Assembly: GCA_965218495.1 (NCBI GenBank) | Contig: OZ244626.1 | Coordinates: 1,353,280-1,417,279 of the forward strand | Length of the DNA stretch: 64,000 nt | Reading direction: 5' to 3' | Source of the DNA: Rhodothermales bacterium | Lineage (GTDB): Bacteria > Bacteroidota > Rhodothermia > Rhodothermales > Bin80 | In this document: positions 21,490-30,164 of the stretch, piece after piece | How the letters are laid out: each line of letters begins with the position of its first letter | Position numbering within the stretch: position 1 is the stretch's first letter | The notes under the pieces: model-generated | The model's database searches: none | What the model saw: only the letters and a program-made list of their open reading frames with translations | Told to the model about the DNA's origin: nothing | Made by a program: the position numbers and the translations under genes

Positions 21490-22407
21490 ATGAAAGATCA
21501 TGTCAGCTTAACCGGGTTCTTCAAGCAGTTTCCTGATGAACAGAGCGCCAAGGACCACATCGAGCGTAAGCGCTGGGACAACGGCCCGGCTTGCCCGCGC
21601 TGCGACAGCTTGAAGGTATGGCGCATACAGGGCGGCATGGGCTTCAAGTGCTCGCAGTGTCCCGTTCGCCAAGCCCGATTCAGCGTGCGGACCGGCACCG
21701 TCATGGAGCATTCTAGACTTCCGCTGCGCAAATGGCTGCTGGCCACTTATCTCATAACCACGGCGCGCAAGGGCATATCGAGCATCCAATTGGCCAAGGA
21801 ACTCGGGGTAACGCAGAAGACCGCCTGGTTCTTGGGACACCGCATACGGGAGGCCTTCGCTACGAAGAAGCACATTGTTCTCGAAGGCGAGGTGGAAGCG
21901 GATGAAACCTACATTGGCGGCAAGGAGCGCAACAAGCATGCTGCAAAGAAACTTCGTGCTGGCCGCGGCACGGTAGGCAAGCAGGCCGTCATGGGACTCA
22001 GGGAGCGTGGCGGCCGCGTGATGGCCATGCCGGTTGCTCGCACAGACAGGGCCACACTACAACCGATAATAGGCGCGAAGGTTAAGCCCGGCTCAACGGT
22101 TTATACGGACGAGCACAGCGCCTACACGGGACTGTCGGAATCGTTCAATCACAGGACGGTGCGCCACAAGGCCGGTCAATATGTGAGAGGTCGCGTCTCC
22201 ACAAACAGCCTCGAATCGTTCTGGGCACTGTTGAAGCGCGGTTACCACGGCACGCATCACTGGTGGAGCCTCAAGCACCTGCATCGGTACGTGAACGAGT
22301 ATGTGTACCGGCAAAACACACGCGACAAGATCGGTTTCCCAGCTTTGGACATGGTGATCCGTGCCGGCGAAGGGAAGCGGCTGACCTACTTGAACTTGAT
22401 TCGCTAA
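21490..22407 (+). CDS. IS1595-family transposase
   Basis: N-terminal zinc ribbon (...CPRCDS...KCSQC...), then ...VEADETYIGGKERNKH...VYTDEHSAYTGL...NSLESFWALLKRGYHGTHH..., the ISXO2-like DDE pattern. Confidence 0.8.
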   Translation: MKDHVSLTGFFKQFPDEQSAKDHIERKRWDNGPACPRCDSLKVWRIQGGMGFKCSQCPVRQARFSVRTGTVMEHSRLPLRKWLLATYLITTARKGISSIQLAKELGVTQKTAWFLGHRIREAFATKKHIVLEGEVEADETYIGGKERNKHAAKKLRAGRGTVGKQAVMGLRERGGRVMAMPVARTDRATLQPIIGAKVKPGSTVYTDEHSAYTGLSESFNHRTVRHKAGQYVRGRVSTNSLESFWALLKRGYHGTHHWWSLKHLHRYVNEYVYRQNTRDKIGFPALDMVIRAGEGKRLTYLNLIR

Positions 22408-22663
22408 GCACTATGCGCAAGACCTTTATTCCGCCCGTGGACCTGTCGTTTGAGGAGGCAGTAAAGAAGCTCGTGACGACGAAGCCGAAACGAACTTCTC
22501 CAATATCCGACCGATTTCGGCGCGATTCGACAGCAAAGAAGCAGGGCAAGCAGAGAGGGAAAAGGCAAGGCACTTCTTGACGGCGCAGGAGACTCTCAAG
22601 AGGTTTGGACCGTCCAAGACCCACGCCCAGTTGGCCCCTTGCAAGTACAAGTAACTATATAAT

Positions 22664-22678
22664 TCCCTTATCTTTGGG
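22664..22678 (+). repeat. 15-nt direct repeat, copy 2 (CCCTTATCTTTGGGA)
   Basis: Identical to 20279-20293. Confidence 0.8.
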
Positions 22679-23164
22679 ATTAAAATACTCTACTTGGCAG
22701 AATATTTTTCGGGGGTGACTTGCATCAAGCACGGTTTTGTATTGATTGGCTGGTGCCAATTCCAGCTAGGAAGCGCGGTCTTGTCGGGCCTCCTGCTGAA
22801 TAAAAGAGCCATTCTAGCGTTCAGGGCCGCTCCCTGAACCGACGAATAGATAGGACATCTTGCGTAACAGGTTGACGATAGTAGAGGTTTGGTAGCGCTT
22901 TAGGTCTTGCTGTTCGGCTTTGCAGGGCGGGGCCCGATCCCCGCCTTGCGATCCGCTTCCCGGAACATGGCCGCGCAGGCCCGCCGTGCCAGCGCCTCTA
23001 TGCGGTCAAAAGGTAGGTAGGACTGCTTTTGGCTAGCCTTCGATGGCCCGCTGGCCTTCTTCATGGTGATGCATTCGGAACGGTTAGAATCGCCAGCTAC
23101 ACATGAGAATAGGAGTAGTCATAGGACAGGCGACGATGGGCACCTTTGGATCGCTGGTGTGCAT

Positions 23165-23274
23165 ATTCCGGTCGATTTCGACCATCTATTCCGGTGGAAG
23201 TCGACCACTCATTCCGGCTGATGCCGACCACCTATTCCAGTGGAAGTCGACCACTTTTTGTCGACTACCGGAAT
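23165..23274 (+). repeat. Four direct 23-bp repeats plus one inverted partial copy (IS21-type multiple terminal repeats)
   Basis: Units ATTCCGGTCGATTTCGACCATCT / ATTCCGGTGGAAGTCGACCACTC / ATTCCGGCTGATGCCGACCACCT / ATTCCAGTGGAAGTCGACCACTT, then an inverted GTCGACTACCGGAAT. The array lies ~100 nt upstream of the istA-like start. Confidence 0.7.
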
Positions 23275-23372
23275 GGGAATTCAGGTCGGTTTAGCTGGGC
23301 TGTCGGCGCGACTGGAGATTCTATTAACGCCCTGGGTATGGGGTGCCTCGTCATCCACTCACGAGGTAATCC

Positions 23373-23525
23373 ATGCCTGCAAAAAGAATCTCCGTGCGCA
23401 AACTCAAAGAAATACTTCGCCTGAAGCACAAGGGCGGGATGGGTGTGCGGTCCATAGCCCGCTGCCTGGGATTCCTGACTTCCGCGGTTTTGCCGAGGGA
23501 GGGGCGGTGCCGCCAGCCAAGATGA
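23373..23525 (+). pseudogene. IS21-family istA, N-terminal stump only
   Basis: MPAKRISVRKLKEILRLKHKGGMGVRSIARCLG... is the typical IstA HTH N-terminus. The reading frame then degenerates and stops after 50 codons. Confidence 0.55.
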
Positions 23526-23860
23526 GGTGGTAATTCGATCATTGGCCGCTTCAGCCTGAGGTGTCCAGATTACGTGTGGATTAGCCGAATTGGTGGCTAC
23601 ATTGTCCGATTTGGGCCCCTTTTTGCGCTTTTTTAGGGCAAATCGATCCATTGTGGTACTCCTGGCGTGCGTTGAGACACCAAGGGCGGTAGTATGCAGT
23701 GTTGGATGTGATCCCCAAAACATGTGCCAGGGCATCACGCGGGCCGTGTCGATTCGGGCGATGCTGATTTGTAGTGTTCAGTCCTATTTAGTGCTTTACA
23801 TTGTTAAGATGCTGATGTACCTTAGGGCGTAGCGATACTCGCAGCCATCCCGCGCTCAGC

Positions 23861-24136
23861 ATGTTCGTCCGTACCGTCCGACGCAAGACCACCCAGAACG
23901 TTAGCGTACAGATTGTCGAATCGACCCGCGTACCCGGCAAGGGACCGCTGCAGCGGATCGTCAAGCATATGGGCTCTGCCCCTGAAGGGCCGCTGCTGGA
24001 GGCGCTGGTGCGGTTGGCGCACCGGGCGAAGCTGCGGCTCCTGGAAGAGAGACAGCCCTCCTTGTTTCCTATAGATATTATAGAAGGGGCCGGAGAGGGG
24101 GCACAGGCTATTTTGCCTGTGAGGCGCAGGCGCCTG
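23861..24136 (+). pseudogene. IS1634-family transposase, fragment 1 of 3 (N-terminus)
   Basis: MFVRTVRRKTTQNVSVQIVESTRVPGKGPLQRIVKHMGSA...ERQPSLFP is the typical IS1634 N-terminus. In the ORF track it is artificially fused in frame to the IS110 transposase. Confidence 0.65.
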
Positions 24137-24169
24137 GACTTCATCCTTCTCCATAGACCTTACAACCCC

Positions 24170-25312
24170 ATGAACCACACCATAAGTGTCATCCCTTCTC
24201 AGAAGTCGGTCTTCGTCGGGCTGGACGTACATAGAGACACGATCGCGGCGTGCGTATACGATCCGGCTTCGAAGAGGGTCTGTCTTGAAGTGGAGCTGCC
24301 CAGCGACGACAGGGCCAAGCTGCGTAAGCTTATGGCCCGTATTCGTGGTTCCTTTGGCGAACCCCGGTGTTGTTACGAAGCGTCCTCGTGTGGCTACACG
24401 CTCTATAGAACGCTCAGTGACGACGGAGTCGCCTGCGCGGTCATTGCACCTTCGTCGATTCCACGGCGTGCCGGTGATCGAGTCAAGACGGACCGTCGTG
24501 ACGCGGAAAAGTTGGCCCGCTACTACGCGGCGGGCCTACTGACGGCGGTTCACATCCCCGACAAGGCGTTGCTTGCCGCCCGAACGCTGGTGCGCCGCCG
24601 GGTTACTCTGGTCGAAGATTTGACCCGCACCAAGCAACGCTCCGTGCTCTTGTTGCAAAGCCGCGAGCATGTGTACCGGGCGGGCAAGAACTGGACGCAG
24701 AAATTCTGGCGGTGGCTGGAAGGCCTCGCGCTTGACCCCGTTGATGCGTGTACGCTGCAAAGCTTGTTGAACCAATGCCAGATGCTCGAAGCCCAGATCC
24801 GGGAGATAGAGCAACATATCGAAGAAGAGGCACAGAAGGCATGCTATCAGCCCACGGTGCAGGTATTGCAAGCCTTCCGTGGCATCGGGCTGTTTACAGC
24901 GATGCAGCTGACTTGTGAAATCGGTGACATTCGGCGTTTTGCACACCCGAAAGCACTGATGGCATATCTGGGATTGGTGCCCTCGGAGCATTCCTCCGGC
25001 CACCGCACCCGGCACGGCTCGATTACCAAGGCCGGTAACACCCATGCCCGCAAGGCTCTGGTCTCTGCGGCCTGGAAATATACCCACTACCCCCGGCGTA
25101 GCCAGGCGCTGCACCAGCGCCAGCACCACTGCGCTGCGGAAGTGATTACCATCAGCTGGAAGGCTCAGCGGAGACTACACAAACGATACCGCAGCCTGAT
25201 TCAGCGTAAAGCGCCCACGAAAGCCATCGTGGCCCTTGCGCGCGAACTCGTGGGCTTTCTCTGGGAAGCCATGCAGACGGTGCCGCCAACACCGGTGGCC
25301 CTTGCGGCCTAA
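24170..25312 (+). CDS. IS110-family transposase/recombinase (DEDD RuvC-like + Tnp domain)
   Basis: MNHTISVIPSQKSVFVGLDVHRDTIAACVYD... (N-terminal DEDD motif), then ...LQAFRGIGLFTAMQLTCEIGDIRRFAHPKALMAYLGLVPSEHSSG.....GSITKAGNTHARKAL (C-terminal IS110 signature). Confidence 0.85.
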   Translation: MNHTISVIPSQKSVFVGLDVHRDTIAACVYDPASKRVCLEVELPSDDRAKLRKLMARIRGSFGEPRCCYEASSCGYTLYRTLSDDGVACAVIAPSSIPRRAGDRVKTDRRDAEKLARYYAAGLLTAVHIPDKALLAARTLVRRRVTLVEDLTRTKQRSVLLLQSREHVYRAGKNWTQKFWRWLEGLALDPVDACTLQSLLNQCQMLEAQIREIEQHIEEEAQKACYQPTVQVLQAFRGIGLFTAMQLTCEIGDIRRFAHPKALMAYLGLVPSEHSSGHRTRHGSITKAGNTHARKALVSAAWKYTHYPRRSQALHQRQHHCAAEVITISWKAQRRLHKRYRSLIQRKAPTKAIVALARELVGFLWEAMQTVPPTPVALAA

Positions 25313-25565
25313 ACATGCCCGAAACGCTTCCGAGAACAGAACAGCTATGGGAAAAGGGGCCCTGCGCACGGATGGAGAGTCCATGCCGATACTCTGCGAT
25401 AGCCCTTGTGGCGAGCTCGCGAAAATAGATTATGGTAGCTCCCGACGAATTCAATATCAGGCGTTACGGCCAGCACTGCTGGCTTAGCACGCGGACACCA
25501 GGTTGATAAGCCGTCGAAGATGCCAGGGCCCCTTTTCCGATAGCCAGCTCATGAAGATTATGTGA
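25313..25565 (+). ncRNA. Candidate structured non-coding RNA in the IS110 3' region (bridge-RNA-like position)
   Basis: Perfect 15-bp inverted repeat GGAAAAGGGGCCCTG (25350-25364) / CAGGGCCCCTTTTCC (25524-25538) encloses ~160 nt. The location in the element's non-coding end is where IS110-family guide RNAs are encoded. Confidence 0.3.
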
Positions 25566-26588
25566 ACTTACCGCACACATATCACCGCCCCCTTGACCCG
25601 GCCCCTTCTACACCAGTATCTGGCCGAGCGCGTGCAAGGGGCCCGCCATGGCAGCCAGGGCGACCAGCCGCTGCCCATACCCGATGCGCGCAAGCTGGCC
25701 GAGACCAAGCGTCTGACTATGGGCTTTCACGAGGTCTTCGGGGCGCTGTACGATCGGCTGCACTTTCAGAAGGTCTTCGGGGCCCGCAAAAAGATGGCGG
25801 CGCGCCTGTTTCGTCAGGCCGTGCTGATGCGACTGGCCGCGCCGGGCTCCAGCAAGCGCGCGTGCTGTGACAAGCTTTCCAGGCACCATGGCGTGGAAGT
25901 GAACCCGAACAAGTTCTACCGCATGATGGACGCGGTCAATGATGACCGGATTGCGCGGCTGCAGTCGATCGTCTCGCATGAAGTGCGCGGACTCTTGCAA
26001 GAGCATGTGGACGTCCTCTTCTTCGACGTAACCACGCTTTTCTTTGCCAGCGACAAGGCCGATGATCTTCGCAAGAAGGGATTCAGCAAAGACGGTAAGC
26101 CGCAGAAGGTGCAGGTCGTTCTGGCCTTGTTCCAGAGCGTGGAGGGGCTGCCGATAGGATATGAGTTGTTTCCAGGTAGCACGACCGATATGCGCACGCT
26201 CAAGCCGGCACTGAAGGCCCTGCGGGAGCGCTTTGAGATAGGCAGGGTGGTCTTGGTTGCGGACGCCGGGATGCTGAGCCAGGGCAACCTGGACCTGCTC
26301 GCCTCCCAGGGTTGGGACTGGGTGGTCGCGGCGCGCCTGCGCAGCTTGCCACGCAGGATGGAGGCCGAGCTTTTCGAGTCCCATGACTGGGTCGCGGTCA
26401 GCGAAGATATCAGCGTAACAGAATTGCAATTAAAGGGCCAGCGTCTGGTGTTGCGCCACAGCAAGAAGCGGGCGGCCAAGGATGTCCATGAACGTGATGG
26501 AATCGTAGAGAAGCTCAAGCGTCGCCTAACGCAAGGCATTAAGGGAAGCGGCAAACGAGGCCGCTTTCTCAAGGTGGACCGCGATGCT
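25566..26588 (+). pseudogene. IS1634-family transposase, fragment 2 of 3 (central DDE region)
   Basis: ...HVDVLFFDVTTLFFAS...KKGFSKDGKPQKVQVVLALF...PIGYELFPGSTTD...VVLVADAGMLSQGNLDLL... is the IS1634/IS4 DDE core. It ends ...FLKVDRDA at the IS1380-like insertion. Confidence 0.7.
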
Positions 26589-26605
26589 GGGGATTGCACA
26601 TTTTT

Positions 26606-28011
26606 GGCTCTTCCCCTAATCAGATGGGTGCAGTGTTGTATTCAACGGGAAACGAAATGAGGTGATGCGGATTCATACCCGCTTCTTGCCTGTTTCAAGG
26701 CCATCATCACGATGGCGCACACGTTCTCTAACCCCAGCAACGATATGTCACAACTAAAGACTGATATCGGTTGCCTCTTGGGCATCCAGACTCCCTGGAA
26801 GGTTTCCGAGGTGACGTTTGCGCATGAGGCGCAAGAAGTCCGGATTCATGTAGCTTGCGAGGACGGCCATCAGCTGCCTTGTCCGGAGTGCGGCTCGGCG
26901 TCTCCGGGCTACGACCACCGTCGTCGGCAATGGCGACACCTGGATCTGTGCGAGTATCGCACCATGGTGATTGCGGAGCTTCCCCGCGTGGAATGTCCTG
27001 AGCATGGAGTGCGCACCGTGTCGGTTCCGTGGGCGGAACCTATGTCACGGTTCACTGCAGGGTTTGAGGCGCTGGTGATTGATTGGCTGCAGGAGGCGAG
27101 TGTGTCGGCGGTGTCCCGTCTGATGGGGGTGAGCTGGAATGCGATAGACGGGATCATGCAGCGCGCGGTGCAACGCGGCCTTGCGCGGAGGAAGGAACGG
27201 AATGTAGCCCATATTGGCGTGGATGAGACCTCTTTTCGCAAGCGCCATGCGTATGTCACCATTGTTTCGGATGCGAAGGCGGGTACGGTGCTGCATGTGG
27301 GCGAAGACCGTAGGAAAGAAACACTTACGCGTTGGTATGCTGGGCTCACTTTGGAGCAGCTGGAGGGCATCGAGAGTGTCAGCATGGACATGTGGCCGGC
27401 CTACATCAACGCCACGCTGGAGCATGTGCCAGAGGCGCAACGGAAGGTGGCCTTTGACAAATTCCACGTAGTGAAATGTCTGGGAGTTGCCGTGGACAAG
27501 GTTCGGCGCCAAGAGCACCGGGCGTTGATGAAGGAAGGCCTGGAAGACCTCAAGGGAACCAAGTATGATTGGTTGACTCACCCGGCCAACATGTCTGCTA
27601 AGCAGAAGGCGCGCTTCCAGCAGTTGCGTACCAGCACGTTGAAGACGGCCCGCGCGTGGGCTATCAAGGAAATGGCCCTGCAGTTGTGGCATTATGTCCA
27701 CCGCACATGGGCGCGCAAGGGTTGGGAGCGATGGTTGTCGTGGGCCATGCGGTGCCGGCTGGAACCGGTCAAGGCAGCCGCCAGAACCATCAAGACACAC
27801 CTGTGGGGTATCCTCAACGCAATTATCCTGAAGGTGAGCAATGGCCCTGCGGAAGGCATCAACAGCCGGATCAAAACGATCAAAGTGCGCAGTAGGGGCT
27901 TCCGCAACAAACGGCGGTTTGCTAACGCCATTTACTTTCACCTCGGAGGCCTGGATCTTTACCCCGAAAGCGTCCGCAGGTGAGCTTACCCACTAAAAAA
28001 GGAGTAGAGCC
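26606..28011 (+). mobile_element. ISL3-family insertion sequence, copy 1
   Basis: Ends are GGCTCTTCCCC... and ...GGAGTAGAGCC (imperfect IR). There is a perfect 8-bp target duplication, ACATTTTT, at 26598-26605 and 28012-28019. Near-identical to copy 2 at 41405-42812. Confidence 0.85.
26712..27983 (+). CDS. ISL3-family transposase
   Basis: 423 aa: ...CPECGS...HLDLCEYRT...VECPEHGV... (zinc finger), ...HIGVDETSFRKRHAYVTIV.D... and ...SNGPAEGINSRIKTIK.RSRGFRN..., ISL3 hallmarks. Confidence 0.9.
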   Translation: MAHTFSNPSNDMSQLKTDIGCLLGIQTPWKVSEVTFAHEAQEVRIHVACEDGHQLPCPECGSASPGYDHRRRQWRHLDLCEYRTMVIAELPRVECPEHGVRTVSVPWAEPMSRFTAGFEALVIDWLQEASVSAVSRLMGVSWNAIDGIMQRAVQRGLARRKERNVAHIGVDETSFRKRHAYVTIVSDAKAGTVLHVGEDRRKETLTRWYAGLTLEQLEGIESVSMDMWPAYINATLEHVPEAQRKVAFDKFHVVKCLGVAVDKVRRQEHRALMKEGLEDLKGTKYDWLTHPANMSAKQKARFQQLRTSTLKTARAWAIKEMALQLWHYVHRTWARKGWERWLSWAMRCRLEPVKAAARTIKTHLWGILNAIILKVSNGPAEGINSRIKTIKVRSRGFRNKRRFANAIYFHLGGLDLYPESVRR

Positions 28012-28485
28012 ACATTTTTTAGTTGGGTTTCGGCGGCTTCTGCCGAGATGGGCCCTCAAAGTAGATATCTTTTGGCAATAGATGGTGCTACGGGCCGAGT
28101 GTGTGGGTGCAAATGGGACGGTGCAAGCTTATATGGGCCCAAATGCGTGCTCACACGCGGATTTTCGGGCGCAGGCAGGCTCGTGGAGTGACTTCTCGGG
28201 CACGAAATCCCGCAGGAATCCTCTGATTGCACGCGTAAGCGGCGATCTTGGCAGGGTGCAGCGCCTCAGAGCGTCCGGACAGCTGCGGGTTTTGCTTATG
28301 CCAGCGTCAGCAGCGCACTACTGCGCGCGGGCATTGAGCGCCAGGTGTTGCCTTTGCAGTCCTTTGGGGCCGGCAGACCGAATCCCCACTAACCCGGATA
28401 AATCACCAGTGTGCCAAGAATGGGAACCCAAGCCCCACGTAAGTATATGATGTGCAATCAGTTATAACCATCCTTTGCACTGCAA

Positions 28486-29937
28486 ATGAGCAAAACAGAC
28501 TGTCATACTGAAGAGCTTCGTTTCGAGGACTTGGGACGGCGTAAAGTGGTCGGAAAGTTCGACGGCGGCCCTATGTCCTCGGACGCAGGTGCGCTGCTGT
28601 TACGGGAGGCCGACCGGATGTTCGACGTCATAGGCCGCTTTGCCGCCTGCTTCACCGACCACCGTGATCCCAGCAGGGTCGAGCATACCGTGGAGGCGAT
28701 GCTCAGGCAACGTATCTACGCGATATGCTTGGGCTACGAAGACGTGAACGACCATGACCGTCTGCGGGACGATCCCGTGTTGGCCATGGGCGTGGGCTGC
28801 GAAGATGTAACAGGTGCGCACCGGGCACGGGAACGCGACCAGGGACATCCGCTGGCGAGTTCCAGCACACTGAACCGACTGGAGCTCGGCTCCAAAGGAG
28901 GGGCCGCATCGCACAGGTACAAGCGCATCGTAGCGGACCCTGAAAAGATCGACACCATGCTCGCGGACTTGTTCATGGATGTAACGGGCGAGGAGCCAGA
29001 GCATATCGTGTTGGATCTCGATGCTACCGATGACGCGATTCACGGCCAGCAGGAGGGGCGCTTCTTTCATGGTTACTATGGCCACTACTGCTACTTACCG
29101 CTGTACATCGTTAGCGGCAAGCATGTGCTGGCCGCTCGTCTGCGCCCCTCCAACATTGACGCATCAGCGGGCACGATAGAGGAGTTGGCGCCAGTGATAG
29201 CGCGTATCCGTGCGCGGTGGCCGCAGGTGCCCATCTGGATTCGTGCAGATGCAGGATTCTGCCGCGATGATATCATGGCATGGTGCGAAGCACAGGGCCT
29301 GCACTACATCATTGGTATGCCGCTCAATGCGCGGCTGAAACGCATCGTTGAGGAGGCTATGGAGCAGAGTCAGGCCACCTGCGAGGCCAGCGGGCAGCCT
29401 TCGCGGCGCTTCCGCAGCTTCGAGTACCAGACGAAGGACAGCTGGAGCTGTGCTCGGCGCGTGATAGCCAAGGCGGAATGGCTGCCTGGACCGCGCGGCT
29501 ATAACGCGCGATTCGTGGTCACCAATTTCAGCGAAGACGCGTACGACGCGCGCACGCTATACGAAGATTTGTATTGCGCGCGTGGAGACATGGAGAACCG
29601 GCTCAAGGAGCAGCAGCTTACCCTGTTCGCTGACCGCACCTCTACGTCCATGATGGAGAGCAACCAGTTGCGCCTGTACTTCTCTACGGTCGCCAACACC
29701 CTGATGACCATCATCAAGACCGTTGGCTTGCAGGGCACCGCGATGGCGCAGGCGCAGTGCGCTACTATCCGTGTGCGGCTACTGAAGATCGCAGCACTGG
29801 TGGTGGTAAGCGTACGCCGAGTCCGCCTGCTCTTGCCCGAGGCCTATCCCTGGCAGCAACTGTTCGCGCGCGTGCTAAACAACTTGCGTGGCGCTGTGCA
29901 CACCACCCAGGTCGGCGCACGCGCCTCACCTTCATAG
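28486..29937 (+). CDS. IS1380-family transposase
   Basis: 483 aa: ...LDLDATDDAIHGQQEGRFFHGYYGHYCYLPLYI..., ...IRADAGFCRDDIMAWCE... and ...YCARGDMENRLKEQQLTLFADRTSTSMMESNQLRLYFS..., the IS1380 pattern. Confidence 0.8.
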   Translation: MSKTDCHTEELRFEDLGRRKVVGKFDGGPMSSDAGALLLREADRMFDVIGRFAACFTDHRDPSRVEHTVEAMLRQRIYAICLGYEDVNDHDRLRDDPVLAMGVGCEDVTGAHRARERDQGHPLASSSTLNRLELGSKGGAASHRYKRIVADPEKIDTMLADLFMDVTGEEPEHIVLDLDATDDAIHGQQEGRFFHGYYGHYCYLPLYIVSGKHVLAARLRPSNIDASAGTIEELAPVIARIRARWPQVPIWIRADAGFCRDDIMAWCEAQGLHYIIGMPLNARLKRIVEEAMEQSQATCEASGQPSRRFRSFEYQTKDSWSCARRVIAKAEWLPGPRGYNARFVVTNFSEDAYDARTLYEDLYCARGDMENRLKEQQLTLFADRTSTSMMESNQLRLYFSTVANTLMTIIKTVGLQGTAMAQAQCATIRVRLLKIAALVVVSVRRVRLLLPEAYPWQQLFARVLNNLRGAVHTTQVGARASPS

Positions 29938-30164
29938 GCCGTTCCGGATCCAACTTATCCCACAGATTGATAGACGCCACATGGTGGTTGCAGGATACGT
30001 GTATCCAAGAAGCACCGGTGCGCGAACAAAAGCCTTGATTCGCGCTCGAAACATGCCCGAAACAGCGCTTGCAGCCGCCGACTATTCGCTCTGGAAGGCG
30101 GGAATCAGCATTCGCGTTCGCAAACCGTGACCCACTGCCTACAAACGCCCCGAATTATGGCGAT

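Larger units (their letters stand above)
24137..25565 (+). mobile_element. IS110-family (IS1111-like layout) element inserted into the IS1634 transposase gene
   Basis: The transposase starts ~33 nt from the left junction and is followed by ~250 nt of non-coding sequence. GA dinucleotides sit at both junctions (..CCTG GA CTTC.. and ..ATGT GA ACTT..). Deleting 24137-25565 rejoins the IS1634 frame. Boundaries are good to about +/-2 nt. Confidence 0.6.

Noticed and set aside
22903-23067. A 54-codon minus-strand ORF (MKKASGPSKASQKQSYLPFDRIEALARRACAAMFRE...), possibly an RHH/antitoxin-like protein.
   Set aside because: It is too short and has no recognisable family or partner gene. It lies in IS debris, so the support is insufficient.
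23861-25312. A 483-aa ORF as a single large transposase.
   Set aside because: It is a chimeric reading frame. The first ~92 residues are the IS1634 N-terminus, and the IS110-family protein begins at MNHTISV (24170). The fusion is an accident of the insertion being in frame.
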